Below the pieces are notes generated by a model. That model searched no databases, had not been told where the DNA came from, and saw nothing but the letters and a program-made list of their open reading frames with translations. The translations under genes and the position numbers were made by a program. Positions 60,793-64,000 of a stretch of DNA of 64,000 nt are shown piece after piece (position 1 is the stretch's first letter; each line of letters opens with the position of its first letter). This stretch comes from Selaginella moellendorffii (Eukaryota > Plantae > Lycopodiophyta), in assembly GCF_000143415.4 (NCBI RefSeq), contig NW_003314279.1, forward strand, positions 1,416,457 through 1,480,456, read 5' to 3'.

Positions 60793-62079
60793 ATGCTCCT
60801 CCAAGTTCTCTTCTTCGCTTGCTTCCTTCTCTCCGGCGATGCTCTCCCGATCGCCAGTAGCGCCAGGGCCACCTCCACTGCTGCTGTGGATATCGAGGCC
60901 TTGAAGGAGCTCAAGGCCGCCATCGATCCTGCCACCATCGCCCCGAGCTCCTGCCTCGCGTCCTGGGATTTCTCGCACGACCCCTGTGCGTCCATCTCCA
61001 CCAGCTTCTTCGTCTGTGGCTTCCGCTGCAGCAATGGAGCTCACCCAATGCGCATCACGGAGATCACCCTCGACAACGTCGGCTACGCTGGGAGCTTGTC
61101 TCCATATCTTGGCAACTTATCCTCGTTGCAGGTCCTCGACGTCTCTGGCAATGCATTCCACGGCTCCATCCCGGAGTCGCTCAGCAATCTCCGGTCCCTG
61201 CTCAAGCTGGAGCTCTCCCAAAACTCCATCTCCGGATGGATCCCGCAGTCTCTTGGAAGGCTCGATAAACTCGAGTACTTGTCACTGGCTAGCAACGCCA
61301 TCGAAGGACTGCTGCCTGCTTCGCTAAACCGGTTGCACAGTCTGGAGAGGCTCGCGGTTTCCAACAACAGGCTGAGCGGTCCCATACCGCTCATGACTGC
61401 GATGTCCAGTCTCCTGTACTTCGACGGGAGTACCAACCGGTTCTCTGGCTGGGCGCAGTCGGAGCTACCTCTCTCCTTGATGGTGATCTCGCTTCGAAAC
61501 AACCAGCTCCAAGGCAGACTCCCAGGGTCTCTCACCAAGTTGGAGCAGCTCGAAGTCCTGGACCTCAGTCACAACGATCTCAGGGGCCCTGTTCCAGCTT
61601 CACTCTTCACCTTGCCTTCTCTCCAGCAGCTCAACCTCGCGTACAATCAGTTCGTATCCGTGCTCGCGACGCCGGGCTTGGCAGAATGGGAACAGGTAGC
61701 GGACAGCAGCCAGCTGATCGAGATCGACCTGAGCTTCAACAAGTTCCAGGGACGTCTTCCAGTTTTCTTTGTCCAGATGAAGCGGCTCACGGCTCTGTCC
61801 CTCGGGCATAACCAGTTCAGCGGGCTCATTCCCATAGAGTACGCGCTCAAAGCTGTCCGGATGCTCATCGGTGCGGAACCACTGATGCGTCTCTACTTGG
61901 AATCCAACTTCCTCGCCGGGGAGCTCCCTTCACCATTTCTCAGCATCGTGCCAGGGGAGGTTTCCGGTAGCTTTGTGGGGAACTGCCTTCAAAGGTGTCC
62001 CGCGGAGCTATTCTTCTGCCAAGGTGGACAGCAAAGGTCTCCTGCTGAATGCAGCAAATTCTTCGAATCAGCACCGTGA
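60793..62079 (+). CDS. Secreted extracellular LRR protein (LRRNT and plant-specific LRRs, no TM or kinase)
   Basis: Signal peptide, SWDFSHDPC..CGFRC cap, LxxLxLSxNxxxGxIP repeats and Cys-rich C-cap. Intronless. Confidence 0.92.
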   Translation: MLLQVLFFACFLLSGDALPIASSARATSTAAVDIEALKELKAAIDPATIAPSSCLASWDFSHDPCASISTSFFVCGFRCSNGAHPMRITEITLDNVGYAGSLSPYLGNLSSLQVLDVSGNAFHGSIPESLSNLRSLLKLELSQNSISGWIPQSLGRLDKLEYLSLASNAIEGLLPASLNRLHSLERLAVSNNRLSGPIPLMTAMSSLLYFDGSTNRFSGWAQSELPLSLMVISLRNNQLQGRLPGSLTKLEQLEVLDLSHNDLRGPVPASLFTLPSLQQLNLAYNQFVSVLATPGLAEWEQVADSSQLIEIDLSFNKFQGRLPVFFVQMKRLTALSLGHNQFSGLIPIEYALKAVRMLIGAEPLMRLYLESNFLAGELPSPFLSIVPGEVSGSFVGNCLQRCPAELFFCQGGQQRSPAECSKFFESAP

Positions 62080-62556
62080 TCAACTGAAATGAACAAGAAG
62101 CTCCTACTTACTTGTAGTTTATTCACATCAATATCCATTTTGTAGAGTCGTTTTCAGCGCAGAAGCCTGCCATAATTCATACACCAGACGGCATGCAGAC
62201 CGATGCCATGCCAGAGTCAAGGAATACCAGCTGTCGGTAATAGAGAGCATTCATAAACCAAAACCAAAAACCACCTGCGTGCGAATGAATAATCCATTTA
62301 AGTTGTACAAAAAAGCTTACTTGTCTTGCCTTCAAACACCAGACAAACGACCAAGGTAGTGAGCACGACACAAGCAAAGAACCTGGCATACCTGAAAAAA
62401 ATAGCTCGAGCTTCCGTCCCCGCAAAAAACTTTGTCCTAAAACACAAGCAAACCTGTGCTAGCAATTTAAAAAATAGCACTTTTGTGCTCCAAAGAATGG
62501 ATGCAGACCTCATGGCTTATTCTGGAGAAGCACCAGTAATGAAAAAAAAAAATCTT

Positions 62557-64000
62557 CTAACCTACTTCCCGCAAGCGAACCTGTTCGCCATCCCCAAAAT
62601 AAGTTCTATGCTTGTAAGGATCCCGCCAGCACTCGTCTTCTTTGACAGCATTCCGCCACCGTTGGGAAAAAATATTGAGCTCGGCGAAGGAACGCTTGCG
62701 AACCTGTCCAAAACCGTTCTGCATCATCACTTTTAAAATGGAACCAGGAACTCACCTCTGATCTTGCATCGGTTCCAGACCCCAGGCTTGCCTGCAATGT
62801 ATATTTGATGTTAAAGAACTTGCGAAATACACAGGACGATTCTCATAGAATAGCACATTTGACTTGCTTACCTTACTCTTTGCTGGACCGCCTAAAGAAG
62901 GAATGCCTCTGTGAACAATGTACTCGCTGTCGATTACTCCAACGCTCTTGGACCGGTCTCCCTGCCGTAAACGTAGCTGTGAAGCATTGTAAGGAGGGAC
63001 AGAAGTATACCTTTACACAATAACCAAGCTTGAAGTCCATTCCCCATCCGTGAACCAAGTCGTTCTGAAAAGACGTAGGTTAAGAACCTGAAGCTTATAT
63101 GTATTAGAGACACACAGACCTGGATGAGGTGCCAGACACATTTCCATGCATCTCGTGTAAAAACAGGGGCCATGCCTTCGACCCAGCTGAAAGGAAAAAT
63201 TCAGGAAGAGAATGAAGAGCTTTTTGCATACCCTGTACATGGTGGATCTGTGCTGTTCTCAAAACACAATGTCCCAGTCCCTTTGGGCTTTAAACTCCTC
63301 CTACAAAAGCGAAGGAAATATTTGAGCCACCAAAGCATTATATATACGTACCTGTGTACCCTGTATCTCTTGCTGCGAATTGTTATACGATGGTGGACTT
63401 CCGACGCGTTGGGCTCTAGAGCAGGCTGTGAAATTTCTAGACGCTCGTACTTCATAATGGCCAAATATCTATAGACCAGAGAAGAGAAAACAAGAAACCA
63501 AATAAGTTAGCAGAAGACGTGACTCAGGCGCTCACCTATCAACATGAAAATTTTCGACACCGAGATCTTCGTCCCAGACAAAAATGTACTCATACGGATC
63601 AACAATATCAGGGTGTAAAAAGCGCTTAGCGAACCACCTGTAGGCAGCCCGTCAAATTGACTCTAGGGCTCTATCGATACGTACCACTTTGTTTGATTTA
63701 TTGCTACAACATGGATGGCACGACTACTCCAAGGTAACTCGTTCCACTTGTCCACGACACCGTCATAGTGAAACAGCATGATTGTGAAGTTGTGAGCGAG
63801 AAACTGCAAAGTTACACGGGGTCAGGACAACATCAGGAAAACGCAATGGATCAACAACAACCTTCTGGACAATTCGGTCCACATAACGCTTCTGCTTTAT
63901 GCCAGCCGCTACAGCGAGTAGCCCGTTGGGAACCTAAGAAAAGCTTGGCTATTGTTTGATCTCGGTCAATAACAGCACACACTACCTTCTTCCTGGAAAC
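62557..64000 (-). CDS. DUF707 family protein (5' part lies beyond the window)
   Basis: WFAKRFLHPDIVDPYEYIFVWDEDLGVENF, LEISQPAL, PPCTG, MAPVFTRDAWKCVWHLIQ, HGWGMDFKLGYC and VRKRSFAEL..RW..AVKEDECWRDPY across GT-AG exons. Confidence 0.88.

Overview
Eukaryotic plant nuclear DNA, very probably a lycophyte such as Selaginella moellendorffii. This is inferred from the 50-60 bp introns, intergenic gaps under 150 bp, GC-rich exons and expanded PLS-class PPR genes. Gene-dense blocks (about 6-20 kb, 40-46 kb and 50-64 kb) flank a nested transposon island (about 22.9-36.3 kb). The island holds a deleted Ty3/Gypsy element, a second decayed LTR element with long LTRs, a dead hAT transposon inserted in it, and a hairpin MITE. 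Genes supported by the sequence: an AT-hook plus Dof-like zinc-finger ORF, a bulb-lectin receptor-like kinase, a bHLH IVb factor, cytosolic phosphoglycerate kinase, three PLS PPR genes (one DYW-type), a secreted bulb-lectin protein, an SMG7/EST1-like gene with a pseudogenised duplicate, a compact UPL1/2-like HECT E3 ligase, an RZ-1 glycine-rich RNA-binding protein, acylphosphatase, a plastid YrdC-family protein, a TCX/CPP factor, an extracellular LRR protein and a partial DUF707 gene. The most notable observation is that the receptor kinase (6395-8785) and the AT-rich secreted lectin (16606-17475) share a collinear ~150-aa domain in front of the bulb lectin that I cannot assign to any family. 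This makes them a candidate receptor/soluble-partner pair with an undescribed ectodomain. All exon boundaries were read by eye.
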